Shown here: piece after piece, positions 19,375 to 28,340 of the stretch
Numbering within the stretch: position 1 is the first letter of the stretch
Layout: every line of letters begins with the position of its first letter
Assembly (NCBI GenBank): GCA_964479005.1
Contig: CAYZJA010000002.1
Coordinates: 128,001 to 192,000 of the forward strand
Length of the DNA: 64,000 nucleotides
Reading direction: 5' to 3'
DNA from: an uncultured Candidatus Saccharibacteria bacterium
Lineage (GTDB): Bacteria > Patescibacteriota > Minisyncoccia > UBA6257
Translations under genes and position numbers: made by a program
The notes under the pieces: model-generated
Told to the model about the DNA's origin: nothing
Database searches by the model: none
Seen by the model: only the letters and a program-made list of their open reading frames with translations

Positions 19375-19452
19375 TGGTGGACCCAGTGGGAGTCGAACCC
19401 ACGACCTTGCGCATGCCATGCGCACACTCTAAACCAACTGAGCTATGGGCCC
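19375..19452 (-). tRNA. tRNA-Ala (GGC), G3:U70, CCA encoded
   Basis: Reverse complement gives GGGCCCATAGCTCAGTTGG...TGCGC-ATGGCAT-GCGCA...GTGGGTTCGACTCCCAC-TGGGTCC-A-CCA. Confidence 0.85.
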
Positions 19453-19611
19453 ATACCACATGATGAATTCTATCAGTTTTTTTATTTTGAGTAAAGCGAG
19501 AAACAAGGTTCTCCTAAGTGAAGCGTAGGAGGTTCTTATTATTTTTCAAGAAAAATTTGAATTTCTTTATTTATTTTAATAAATAAACATGGTATTATTA
19601 AAGATATAATT

Positions 19612-20463
19612 ATGAAGCTTGCACTAAAGGAAATGGAAGATTTGGCGACCACTATCCGCCAAGAAATAATAGGAATGCTTTTAAAAGCAAAATCAGGCCA
19701 TTGCGCGGGTCCTTTAGGCGCGGTGGAATTATATATCGCTCTTTATTTTAGCGGAATTTTAAATTATGATTCTAAAAATCCAAATTGGGAGGAAAGAGAT
19801 AGGGTTGTCATTTCCAATGGGCATTATGCTCCTTTAATTTATACTATTTTAGCCCATGCTGGGTTTTTTCCTTTGGAGGAATTAAAAACCTCAAGAAAAT
19901 TAGGAAGTAGACTTCAAGGCCATCCTCATCGTTTATCTTTGCCGGGAATTGAAACTTCTTCTGGTCCAGTTGGAGAAGGTCTTTCTCAGGCAATTGGTAT
20001 GGCTTTAGGGGCAAAAATAGATAAAAAGAAGATTCAGGTTTATTGTTTAATGGGAGACGGAGAGCAAGATTGCGGTAATACTTGGGAAGCAGTAATGATG
20101 GCGGGAAAGCATCAATTAGATAATCTAACGGCTATTATTGACAGAAATAACATTCAGATTGACGGGTTTACTGAAAATGTGATGCCTTTAGAGCCATTAA
20201 AAGAAAAGTATGAATCTTTTGGTTGGAAAGTTTTGGAAGTAGATGGTCATAATATTCCAGAAGTTATTAAAGCTCTAAATACTTCTAAATCTGTTTTTGT
20301 TAAACCCGTGGTAATTATTGCTCACACTATTCCTGGAAAAGGAGTAGATTTTATGCAATGGGAATATCAATGGCATGGGAAGACGCCAAATTCAAAACAA
20401 GCTGAAGAAGCTTTGCGGCAGCTGAGGAGCATGAAAGGGCAAATTGAATCAGAATTAGATTAA
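19612..20463 (+). CDS. Transketolase, N-terminal (TPP-binding) subunit of a split transketolase
   Basis: GHCAGPLG ... GDGE ... NN motif pattern of the TPP-binding half. 283 aa. Confidence 0.85.
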   Translation: MKLALKEMEDLATTIRQEIIGMLLKAKSGHCAGPLGAVELYIALYFSGILNYDSKNPNWEERDRVVISNGHYAPLIYTILAHAGFFPLEELKTSRKLGSRLQGHPHRLSLPGIETSSGPVGEGLSQAIGMALGAKIDKKKIQVYCLMGDGEQDCGNTWEAVMMAGKHQLDNLTAIIDRNNIQIDGFTENVMPLEPLKEKYESFGWKVLEVDGHNIPEVIKALNTSKSVFVKPVVIIAHTIPGKGVDFMQWEYQWHGKTPNSKQAEEALRQLRSMKGQIESELD

Positions 20464-20520
20464 AAATTAAAGGTTGATTAAATTAATTAATAAAATAATA
20501 ATAAATAAAAAAATAAAAAT

Positions 20521-21972
20521 ATGTATAAATCTTTTATATTTTTAGCAGCTGCAATTTTATTTTTAGCAGCAGCTTTAATTTCTACACCCAAAAGTATAGT
20601 ATGGTGGGGTAGAAGCAAATTAGTAGAAAAAATTCCAGTAGGTCAAACCCAAGAAGTTGAACTGGTATTTACTAGTAGAAAGGATTTTAAAGAAGTGAAT
20701 TTGAGCGTTTCAGATGATCTAAGCAGATTTATGAGCAGTTTTGAGCCAACAACTCTAGAAGTAGTAAAAGATCAACCTAATAAGATAAATGCTTTTATAA
20801 ATGTACCCTCAGATGTTAGTCCTGATACTTATGGTGGAACTATCCATCTTCGAGCAGGGAAAAGAACTATTGGTAAGCCTTTGGCTGTTAATATTATTGT
20901 GATTCCTGCGCAAGAGCCTATTCCCCCTACAGTACCTTCATGGTCATTACCAGCAAATATTTCTAATTCAGTAATTACTTCATATAAACCAAAGGTTTTG
21001 CAGGATACATCAGGAAATGTTTATGCTTTATGGCTGGATTCTGATTTTACTTCGCAATACAAACTTTATTTTTCTAAATTAGAAGGTGAAGTTTGGAGTT
21101 CTCCTCAGCATATTATTTCTTCTGATAGATACAGTCCATTATACGATTTTGATTTTACTATTGATAGCCAAAATCAGATTCATTTGGTTTATACCCAAAC
21201 TGTTTCAGGCTCTGGCTATATGATACATTATACATTCTATAATGGAATTGAATGGTCGACTCCACAAAAAGTTTGTCAGGGATTTAGTCCTTCAATTGAA
21301 GTTGATTCTGCTGATAGGGTTCATATAGCTTATTCTTCTTTTTCAGATATTTTCTATTCAAATTTTAATGGAACTACCTGGTCTTCTTCTGTTAATGTTT
21401 CTGATGATGGACAGCTTTACGGAGATTATACTTCAGGAGCCAAAGCTATTAGAATTGATAAATCAGGAGATATTCATATTGCTTGGGCTAAGTATAATTT
21501 TGGAATAATGTACACAAAATTTGATAGTAAAACTTGGAATGTTCCTCAATTGGTTTCCAAATTAGCATTGTGGCCAGATAATACATATTGGCTCAGTCTT
21601 GGCGCTAATGGAGTTGTGGCAGTGGCTTATACTCAAGGCCCGAATGATTGTATAAATCAAGAAATTTATTTTTCCCTTAGTGAAGACGGAGGATTAAGTT
21701 GGTATAGTCCAACCCAGATTTCTGAGTCAGCTGGCATTGGTTCTCGTTGGCCATCTTTATCTATTGTTTCTGCAAATAATATTCAAGCTGTATGGGGAGA
21801 ATGCCAAACAGGAGTTCCTTTCCGTTTGTTTAACGGGACTAGTTGGTCTGATATTATTGATATTGGTAATGGAGCTCAAAAAGCGGATTTGCCAAATATC
21901 TCAGCTTATGGAAATAAGTCTTATGCAGTATGGGGCTTTAATAACGAGGTTTACTTTAGCCAGGGTCAATAA
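20521..21972 (+). CDS. Secreted BNR/Asp-box repeat (sialidase-like beta-propeller) protein with N-terminal Ig-like domain
   Basis: Signal/TM N-terminus, then repeated motifs such as SGNVYALWLDS, SQNQIHLVYTQ, SADRVHIAYSS, SGDIHIAWAK and SEDGGLSWYS (SxDxGxTW-like). Confidence 0.55.
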   Translation: MYKSFIFLAAAILFLAAALISTPKSIVWWGRSKLVEKIPVGQTQEVELVFTSRKDFKEVNLSVSDDLSRFMSSFEPTTLEVVKDQPNKINAFINVPSDVSPDTYGGTIHLRAGKRTIGKPLAVNIIVIPAQEPIPPTVPSWSLPANISNSVITSYKPKVLQDTSGNVYALWLDSDFTSQYKLYFSKLEGEVWSSPQHIISSDRYSPLYDFDFTIDSQNQIHLVYTQTVSGSGYMIHYTFYNGIEWSTPQKVCQGFSPSIEVDSADRVHIAYSSFSDIFYSNFNGTTWSSSVNVSDDGQLYGDYTSGAKAIRIDKSGDIHIAWAKYNFGIMYTKFDSKTWNVPQLVSKLALWPDNTYWLSLGANGVVAVAYTQGPNDCINQEIYFSLSEDGGLSWYSPTQISESAGIGSRWPSLSIVSANNIQAVWGECQTGVPFRLFNGTSWSDIIDIGNGAQKADLPNISAYGNKSYAVWGFNNEVYFSQGQ

Positions 21973-21986
21973 ATCCCTACACCATT

Positions 21987-22988
21987 ATGCTTAATCCCGA
22001 TATTAAATTAAATCCTAAAATTTTTACAGAAAAGATTAAACGAATTTCTCCACGCGATGGCTTTGGAGAAGGTTTGGTTTTAGCCGGAGAAATGAATGAA
22101 AGAATAGTGGCTTTGTGCGCTGATGTAACTGAGTCTTTGAGGATGCATTTATTTAGAGACCGTTTTCCAGAAAGATTTATTGAAGTAGGAATTGCTGAAC
22201 AAAATATGGCTGGTATTGCTTCGGGATTAGCAGCTTCGGGAAAAATTCCTGTAATGGGAACTTATGCTGTTTTTTCTCCTGGAAGAAATTGGGAACAAAT
22301 TAGAACAACAATTTGCTATAATCAGCAAAAAGTTATTCTTGTTGGTTCTCACGCAGGATTAAACGTAGGGCCTGATGGCGCTAGTCATCAGGCCTTGGAA
22401 GATATTGCCTTAATGAGAGTTTTACCTAATATGGCAGTGGTATGTCCTGCCGATGCTTTAGAAGCCCGTAAAGCCATTCTTTCAGCAATTGAATATCCGA
22501 ACTCTATATATATTCGTTTGCCTCGGGAGAAATCACCTGTTTTTACAACAGAAGAAACATCTTGGCAGATTGAAAAATCTCAGGTTCTTTGGCTTCCAAA
22601 ATCTGAGAAGAAACAATTCTCTGGAATTACTATTTTTGTTTGTGGGCATTTAGTATACAAAGCATTAGAAGCAGCTAAAGAATTAGAACAAGAAGGCATA
22701 TTAATAGCAGTTATAAATAATTCAGCTATTAAGCCGTTAGATAAAGAAACAATATTGAAATGGGCTAAAAAATCTAAAGCCATAATTACTTTGGAAGAAC
22801 ATCAAATAGCTGGTGGTATGGGATCAGCTATAGCAGAGTTTTTAAGCGAGAATCATCCTCTGCCCATTAAATTTATGGGAATAAAAGATGAATTTGGACA
22901 GAGTGGTCAGGCAGAGGAATTATTAGCAAAATATAATCTTGATAAGGAAGCGATAAAAGAAACCGTAAAAGAAATGATACAAGATTAA
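21987..22988 (+). CDS. Transketolase, C-terminal (pyrimidine-binding plus C-terminal domain) subunit
   Basis: Similar to the transketolase central and C-terminal domains (EVGIAEQNMAGIASGLA..., GSHAGLNVGPDGASHQALEDIALMR). Confidence 0.85.
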   Translation: MLNPDIKLNPKIFTEKIKRISPRDGFGEGLVLAGEMNERIVALCADVTESLRMHLFRDRFPERFIEVGIAEQNMAGIASGLAASGKIPVMGTYAVFSPGRNWEQIRTTICYNQQKVILVGSHAGLNVGPDGASHQALEDIALMRVLPNMAVVCPADALEARKAILSAIEYPNSIYIRLPREKSPVFTTEETSWQIEKSQVLWLPKSEKKQFSGITIFVCGHLVYKALEAAKELEQEGILIAVINNSAIKPLDKETILKWAKKSKAIITLEEHQIAGGMGSAIAEFLSENHPLPIKFMGIKDEFGQSGQAEELLAKYNLDKEAIKETVKEMIQD

Positions 22989-22995
22989 ATATCTT

Positions 22996-23997
22996 ATGGA
23001 ATTTGACGTAATTACAATTGGTTCTGCCACACGTGATGGATTTTTTGAAGGGGTTGATTTTTTATCTGTTGAAGGAAAGTGTTTTGTAGCCAATAAGGGT
23101 ATTTGTCTTCCTTTAGGAGCTAAAATAAGGGTTCCAAAAGTTCATTTTCTTACAGGAGGGAGTGCTACGAATACTGCAGTTAGTTTTGCGAGACAAAAAT
23201 TAAAAACCGCTGTTATTTGCCGCGTTGGTAATGATATTTCAGGAAAAACCATTATTAAAGAACAGGAAGAAGAAGGTATTGACACTCAATTTATTCAAAA
23301 AGATTATATTGTCCCTACTGCTTATTCAGTTATTTTTTTAACCTCTTCTGGAGAAAGAACGATTCTTTCCTATAAAGGTTGCGCTGAAAATTTGACTATT
23401 CAGGAAATCCCATGGAAAAAAATAAAAACACAGTGGTTATGCATTGGGTCTTTGGGAAAGGAAAAGAATATTTTAAAAGAAATAATTGAATTTGCTGTTT
23501 CTAAGAAGATTAAATTAGCTATTAATCCTGGGTGGCACGAATTAAATTGGTTTAAAAAACATCCTAAATGGCTAGATAAATTTGAAATATTTATATGCAA
23601 TCAAGAAGAAGCAGTTTATTTAACAGATATTCCTTATATTAAAGAAAAGAAAATTTTTAAGAAGCTGGATGATTTTGTAAAAGGAATTGTTGTAATGACA
23701 AAAGGTAAAAATGGTGTTAGTGTTTCTAATGGAAAAACTTTATGGAAAGCAGGTGTTTTTAAGAAAAAAAAGATAATAGATACTACTGGTGCTGGTGATG
23801 CTTTTGCTTCTAGTTTTATATCAGTATTTGTTAGACAAGATAAAATAAATGAGAAAGTAATTGAAGAGGCTATTCGTATAGGAAGTGCTAATGCTTGTTC
23901 AGTAGTAGAATATATTGGTACAAAACCTGGTATTCTTTATAAAAAAGATATTAAACAGCCCAGATTTAAAAAATTAAAAATTCAAAAATATGAATAA
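22996..23997 (+). CDS. PfkB family carbohydrate/nucleoside kinase (ribokinase-like)
   Basis: C-terminal DTTGAGDAF anion-hole motif and N-terminal GG-containing region. Confidence 0.8.
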   Translation: MEFDVITIGSATRDGFFEGVDFLSVEGKCFVANKGICLPLGAKIRVPKVHFLTGGSATNTAVSFARQKLKTAVICRVGNDISGKTIIKEQEEEGIDTQFIQKDYIVPTAYSVIFLTSSGERTILSYKGCAENLTIQEIPWKKIKTQWLCIGSLGKEKNILKEIIEFAVSKKIKLAINPGWHELNWFKKHPKWLDKFEIFICNQEEAVYLTDIPYIKEKKIFKKLDDFVKGIVVMTKGKNGVSVSNGKTLWKAGVFKKKKIIDTTGAGDAFASSFISVFVRQDKINEKVIEEAIRIGSANACSVVEYIGTKPGILYKKDIKQPRFKKLKIQKYE

Positions 23998-24751
23998 TAA
24001 CTTCCTTCAGCCATTTTTATATAAAGAGAAAGCCTTATTTTTGGCTTATGATCATGGTTTTGAACATGGTCCTAAAGATTTAATAGGAAAAAGCATAGAC
24101 CCGGAATATATTTTAGATTTAGCAGTAAAAGGAGAATATACAGGAATTATTTTACAAAAAGGAATTGCGGAAAAGTATTATACAGGCACTAAATACCAGA
24201 AAAAAATTCCTCTCATTTTGAAAGTTAATGGCAAAACTAATATTCCCAAAATTGCTGATCCTTATTCTTCAATTAATTGTTCAGTAGATTGTGCGAAAAG
24301 ATTGGGAGCTAAAGCTGTGGGTTATACTATTTATTTAGGCAGTAAACAAGAAGAAAAAATGCTTGCTGATTTTGGAAAAATCCAGGAACAAGCTCATCAA
24401 TTAAAGATGGCGGCAATTGCTTGGATATATCCAAGAGGATCTGCAGTAGAAGATGAAACTTCTCCTGAAATAACAGCTTACGCTGCCAGAATTGGATTAG
24501 AATTAGGCGCTGATATGATAAAAATAAAATATTTTGGTTCTGAACAAACATTTAGAAAAATAATACAAGCGGCTGGAAAAACAAAAGTTATTTTATCTGG
24601 AGGGCCAAAAATAGAAGGCAAGGAGATTTTAAAAATAATTGAATCAGTTATAAAAGCCGGAGCAGCAGGAGTAGCTGTAGGACGTAATGTCTTTCAGCAT
24701 CAAGATCCTTTGGCAATGACTGAGAAAATTAAAAAAATTGTATTTAATTAG
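23990..24751 (+). CDS. Class I fructose-bisphosphate aldolase, DhnA/archaeal type
   Basis: ~253-aa TIM-barrel protein similar to DhnA-type class I FBA and ADH-synthase family members (LAYDHGFEHGP...). Confidence 0.7.
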   Translation: MNNNFLQPFLYKEKALFLAYDHGFEHGPKDLIGKSIDPEYILDLAVKGEYTGIILQKGIAEKYYTGTKYQKKIPLILKVNGKTNIPKIADPYSSINCSVDCAKRLGAKAVGYTIYLGSKQEEKMLADFGKIQEQAHQLKMAAIAWIYPRGSAVEDETSPEITAYAARIGLELGADMIKIKYFGSEQTFRKIIQAAGKTKVILSGGPKIEGKEILKIIESVIKAGAAGVAVGRNVFQHQDPLAMTEKIKKIVFN

Positions 24752-24763
24752 AAAATTTTACCC

Positions 24764-24854
24764 GGAGGAGTGGCTGAGTGGTTTAAAGCGCGGCTCTCGA
24801 AAAGCTGTTTCCTGCTTAGCGGGATCGTGGGTTCGAATCCCACCTCCTCCGCCA
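24764..24854 (+). tRNA. tRNA-Ser (CGA), type II, CCA encoded
   Basis: GGAGGAG-TG-GCT-GAGTGGTTTAA-AGC-G-CGGCT-CTCGAAA-AGCTG-long variable arm-GTGGGTTCGAATCCCAC-CTCCTCC-G-CCA. Confidence 0.85.
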
Positions 24855-24859
24855 AGTAT

Positions 24860-25624
24860 TTATCCTCTTGCTAGAACTAAACCAATTACCTTTTTCGCAC
24901 CATTCTTTTTTAAGATTTTTGCCGCTTCCTGCATTGTTGCTCCAGAAGTATAAACATCGTCAATTAAAATTATCCATTTATTTTTAATTAGATTTAGATT
25001 AGAAATAGAAATTTGAAAAACATCTTTGGTATTTTTTTCTCTTTCAATAAAATTATTGATTTTTGCCTGTGGTGGATTATTTTTAATTCTGAGAAGAATT
25101 TTAGGATGAAAATTCAGAGAAAAATGAGAAGCAACAACTTTTGCCAATAATTCTGATTGATTAAATCCTCTTTGCCTTCTTTTCCTTGTATGTAATGGGA
25201 TAGGAATTAGTAATATATTCTTTTTATTCATTTCAGAAAAAAAGTTGGTTTCTTTTAAAAATCTTATCATTAAATCAGCCAGAGGTTTTTGCAATGAAAT
25301 AATTGGCTGATATTTAAAAAGATGAATAGTTTTTCTGATGATTGAATTTTTATAAAAAGAAACTACGCCCAAAGCGAATAAATGGGTTTTACAAAAACAA
25401 GAGCGTTTAGAAAAATTAGTTATTCTTTTCTTACAGATGGGGCAAATGAAAGAATAGTTAATTGGGATATTCTTTTGGCATTTTTTACAAAGCGGGTAAG
25501 AAAAATGGACTTCTTTTTTACAAGAAACACATTGCCAAGGGAAAAAAGTATCTAAAAGTAATTTTAAAAAACGGTGTCCCCGTTTAACGGGGCTATCACC
25601 GCGTTTGACGTGGTGGGGCATCAA
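24860..25624 (-). CDS. comFC: ComF family protein (ComFC-like phosphoribosyltransferase-domain competence protein)
   Basis: N-terminal double CxxC zinc finger (CVSCKK...CPICKK) and C-terminal PRTase motif IILIDDVYTSGATM. The exact start is uncertain; the first codons overlie a palindromic element. Confidence 0.75.
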   Translation of the reverse strand: MMPHHVKRGDSPVKRGHRFLKLLLDTFFPWQCVSCKKEVHFSYPLCKKCQKNIPINYSFICPICKKRITNFSKRSCFCKTHLFALGVVSFYKNSIIRKTIHLFKYQPIISLQKPLADLMIRFLKETNFFSEMNKKNILLIPIPLHTRKRRQRGFNQSELLAKVVASHFSLNFHPKILLRIKNNPPQAKINNFIEREKNTKDVFQISISNLNLIKNKWIILIDDVYTSGATMQEAAKILKKNGAKKVIGLVLARG

Positions 25625-25758
25625 AGATATAAATTGTTAAATTGTTCTATTGTTTATTGCTATTTGTTGGCATATCAAATATTATAGTATATAATATTAG
25701 TGTATCATATTTTGTATTTTTAAGCTTTAATCTTTGACTTTTGATTTTTATTTAATAT

Positions 25759-26817
25759 ATGGTTTTCAATTTTTTTAAACAGAATATTTTTTTAGGCATA
25801 GACATTGGAACCACTTCAATTAAATTAGTGGAATTGCGAAAAACCAGACAAAAGATAGAATTGACCAATTATGGAATTTTGGAAAAGTATGGACATTTGG
25901 AAAGGATCAATGACGCTATTCAAACTAATAGTTTTAAATTATTAGAAGAAAGCACTGCTTTGCTTTTGAAGCAATTGATAGAGAAATCAAAAACGAAGAA
26001 TCGGAAAACCTATATGGCTTTACCAAGTTTTTCTGGGTTTGTTTCAATTATGGAACTTCCAGAAATGCCAGATAAAGAACTTACCAAAGCAGTAAACTTT
26101 CAAGCAGGACAGTATATCCCCATGCCATTACAGGAAACAACTTTAGATTGGCAAATTATAGAAAGAACAAGTGGTAAAATTTTTGTTCTTTTAATGGCTG
26201 TACCAACCGATATTGTTAAAAGATATATCCAAAGTGCAGAACTGGCTAAAATTAATTTAAAAGGTTTGGAATTAGAAACCGTGGCCATTGCTCGCTTATT
26301 AGGCAAAAAAGAAAAGGGCGTAGTGGCTTTAGTGGATATTGGAGGAAGAAGTACGTCTATTAATATAATGGACAAGGGGGCATTGAGAACAAGCCATAAT
26401 GTAGATACTGCTGGCGGAGATTTTACCCAAGTTATTAGTAGTGGGTTGGGGATTAATCCTTTCAGAGCCGAGGAATTAAAAAGGGCATATGGTTTGAATA
26501 TTCAGGCGCGCGGGGAAGTTAAAATTACAAATCTTTTAATGCCATTATTAGATGTTATAAAAAGAGAAACAGAAAAAGCTATTAATAATTACTTTTTAAG
26601 AACTAAGAAGAAAGCGGAGAAAGTAATTTTAACTGGTGGAGGCGCGAATCTTCAGGGATTGGAAGATTATTATTCTAAACAATTGGCTTTGCCTGTTATT
26701 AAAGGTGATCCTTTTTCTTGGGGATTGATTTCTTATAATCCAAATCTTTCTCCAGTTATGAAGGATATTGGCCCAAGTTTAACCAGTGCTTGCGCTGTAG
26801 TATTTAAAGATATTTAA
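25759..26817 (+). CDS. pilM: Type IV pilus assembly protein PilM
   Basis: Actin-like ATPase fold. N-terminus LGIDIGTTSIKLVEL is typical of PilM. Confidence 0.85.
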   Translation: MVFNFFKQNIFLGIDIGTTSIKLVELRKTRQKIELTNYGILEKYGHLERINDAIQTNSFKLLEESTALLLKQLIEKSKTKNRKTYMALPSFSGFVSIMELPEMPDKELTKAVNFQAGQYIPMPLQETTLDWQIIERTSGKIFVLLMAVPTDIVKRYIQSAELAKINLKGLELETVAIARLLGKKEKGVVALVDIGGRSTSINIMDKGALRTSHNVDTAGGDFTQVISSGLGINPFRAEELKRAYGLNIQARGEVKITNLLMPLLDVIKRETEKAINNYFLRTKKKAEKVILTGGGANLQGLEDYYSKQLALPVIKGDPFSWGLISYNPNLSPVMKDIGPSLTSACAVVFKDI

Positions 26818-26860
26818 ATCACTTGCTTGATTTTTTAAAAAAAGGTAAAATATATAAAAC

Positions 26861-27421
26861 ATGCGGAATCTTGATTTAGGATCTCTAAAACCAAAAGAAC
26901 TTCCTCCCACTTGGCCAAAGGGGCTTTTGATATTTGTTTTAGTAGTTTTTCTTATTGCTGCGGGGGTTTATTTTGGATTAGATTATTGGAATAAAAATAA
27001 AGATGCGCAATTGGCCGTTCTGGAGGAAGAATTTCAAAATTTAAGATCTAATTTTCCTTTGGAAAAAGAGCAAGAAGCTATTCTTTTTGAAAAAAAATTA
27101 AATAGCTTAAGCAAACTGCTAACTAACCATACATATTTTTCTAAAGTACTGCTAGTCTTAGAAGAATTAACTCACCCTCAAATTTATTATACTAATCTGG
27201 ATTTTTCAACAGATACAAATATGTTGACTTTAGAAGGTGTGGCTAAAAATCAAGAGGTATTTAGTGAAGCTGTAAGCGGATTAGTAAATACTCCAGACAA
27301 AATTAAAGCAGTGGCAGTAAAGGATATGAAAATTGATAAGAATAAAAATATTGCTTTTTCTTTGTATGTTTTTATTCAACCAAGTTTATTAAAATATCAA
27401 CAAGATGACGGAGACTACTAA
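26861..27421 (+). CDS. PilN-like type IV pilus assembly protein (single N-terminal TM)
   Basis: Position immediately after pilM, with bitopic topology and a coiled-coil region. Confidence 0.45.
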   Translation: MRNLDLGSLKPKELPPTWPKGLLIFVLVVFLIAAGVYFGLDYWNKNKDAQLAVLEEEFQNLRSNFPLEKEQEAILFEKKLNSLSKLLTNHTYFSKVLLVLEELTHPQIYYTNLDFSTDTNMLTLEGVAKNQEVFSEAVSGLVNTPDKIKAVAVKDMKIDKNKNIAFSLYVFIQPSLLKYQQDDGDY

Positions 27422-27959
27422 ACAAAATCTTTCCATTTTATCAATTACTTTATTAATAGCGGCAACTATTTTTTTACTTGCTCGCTTTATTAAACCATCC
27501 TTTGACAAGACAAAAGAATTAACGTTGGAGATAAAAGAAACAGAAGAAAACATAAAACTTTTACAGGAACATAAAACCAAGTCAGAGTCTTTAATCCAAA
27601 GTTATTTGAATTTAGGAGATCAGGTAGAAAGTATTAACTTGGCCTTACCTGACAATCCGCAAACAGCTCAGGTGTTAGCTGTTCTGGATATGATTTCTAA
27701 AAAAACTGGTATTTCTTTGAATAGTTTAAGTTTTCGTGAGGTCACTAAAGATAGCCAAAATCATTTAGAAATTAAAACAAGATTTTCTGCAACCTATGAG
27801 AGTGCTAAAGAATGGATTGAAGAAGTTGAAAAAGAACTGCGTATTATTGACATTACTGAGTCTGATATTAAATCAAGTATTTCCTCAAAAGGTAAAGTAT
27901 CAGATATTTTAGAATATAATATTACTTTAGTAACATACTTTTTATCTTATGGCGATTGA
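27405..27959 (+). CDS. PilO-like type IV pilus assembly protein
   Basis: Bitopic membrane protein with a coiled coil, in the pilMNO position. Confidence 0.4.
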   Translation: MTETTKQNLSILSITLLIAATIFLLARFIKPSFDKTKELTLEIKETEENIKLLQEHKTKSESLIQSYLNLGDQVESINLALPDNPQTAQVLAVLDMISKKTGISLNSLSFREVTKDSQNHLEIKTRFSATYESAKEWIEEVEKELRIIDITESDIKSSISSKGKVSDILEYNITLVTYFLSYGD

Positions 27960-28242
27960 AATTAAAAAACAAAAAAAGAATAATATTTTATTATATCTCT
28001 TAATAATTTTAGTTTTATTTTTAATTGGCTGGATAGGTTGGGGTTTTTTTAAGCCTGGAGAAATCTTTCAAAAACCAGATATTGAAGATTTACTTCCTCC
28101 TTCTTCGCAAGAATTAATTGAAGCCAAATTGGATATTGGAATAATTTCAAATCATCCTGTTTTTCAAACATTAAGCCCGCATATTACTTGGCCATTGGAT
28201 ATTCCCGATTTAGGCCGTGCCAATCCTTTTAAATCCTTCTAA
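27949..28242 (+). CDS. Small bitopic membrane protein of the pilus operon (PilP-like?)
   Basis: 97 aa with one TM helix, translationally coupled to the preceding gene. Confidence 0.3.
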   Translation: MAIEIKKQKKNNILLYLLIILVLFLIGWIGWGFFKPGEIFQKPDIEDLLPPSSQELIEAKLDIGIISNHPVFQTLSPHITWPLDIPDLGRANPFKSF

Positions 28243-28245
28243 CAT

Positions 28246-28320
28246 ATCGATGCTAATATACGAATTAATGCTAATGATACGAATAGAAATTAATTAGTAT
28301 AATTCGTATGCATTAGTATA
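28246..28320. promoter_or_regulatory. Candidate operator upstream of pilB: three copies (two direct, one inverted) of ATGCTAAT-(G)ATACGAAT
   Basis: Read directly: ATGCTAATATACGAAT, ATGCTAATGATACGAAT, and the inverted ATTCGTATGCATTAGTAT. Confidence 0.4.
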
Positions 28321-28340
28321 TTGGTATCGCATTTATTACT

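Noticed and set aside
21737-21994. 85-aa ORF overlapping the end of the BNR protein gene and the start of tkt-C
   Set aside because: It is an alternate frame of a well-supported gene, with no independent support.
24738-24953. 71-aa ORF on the + strand overlapping tRNA-Ser and the 3' end of comFC
   Set aside because: It is fully explained by the tRNA gene plus antisense sequence of comFC. There is no coding signal.
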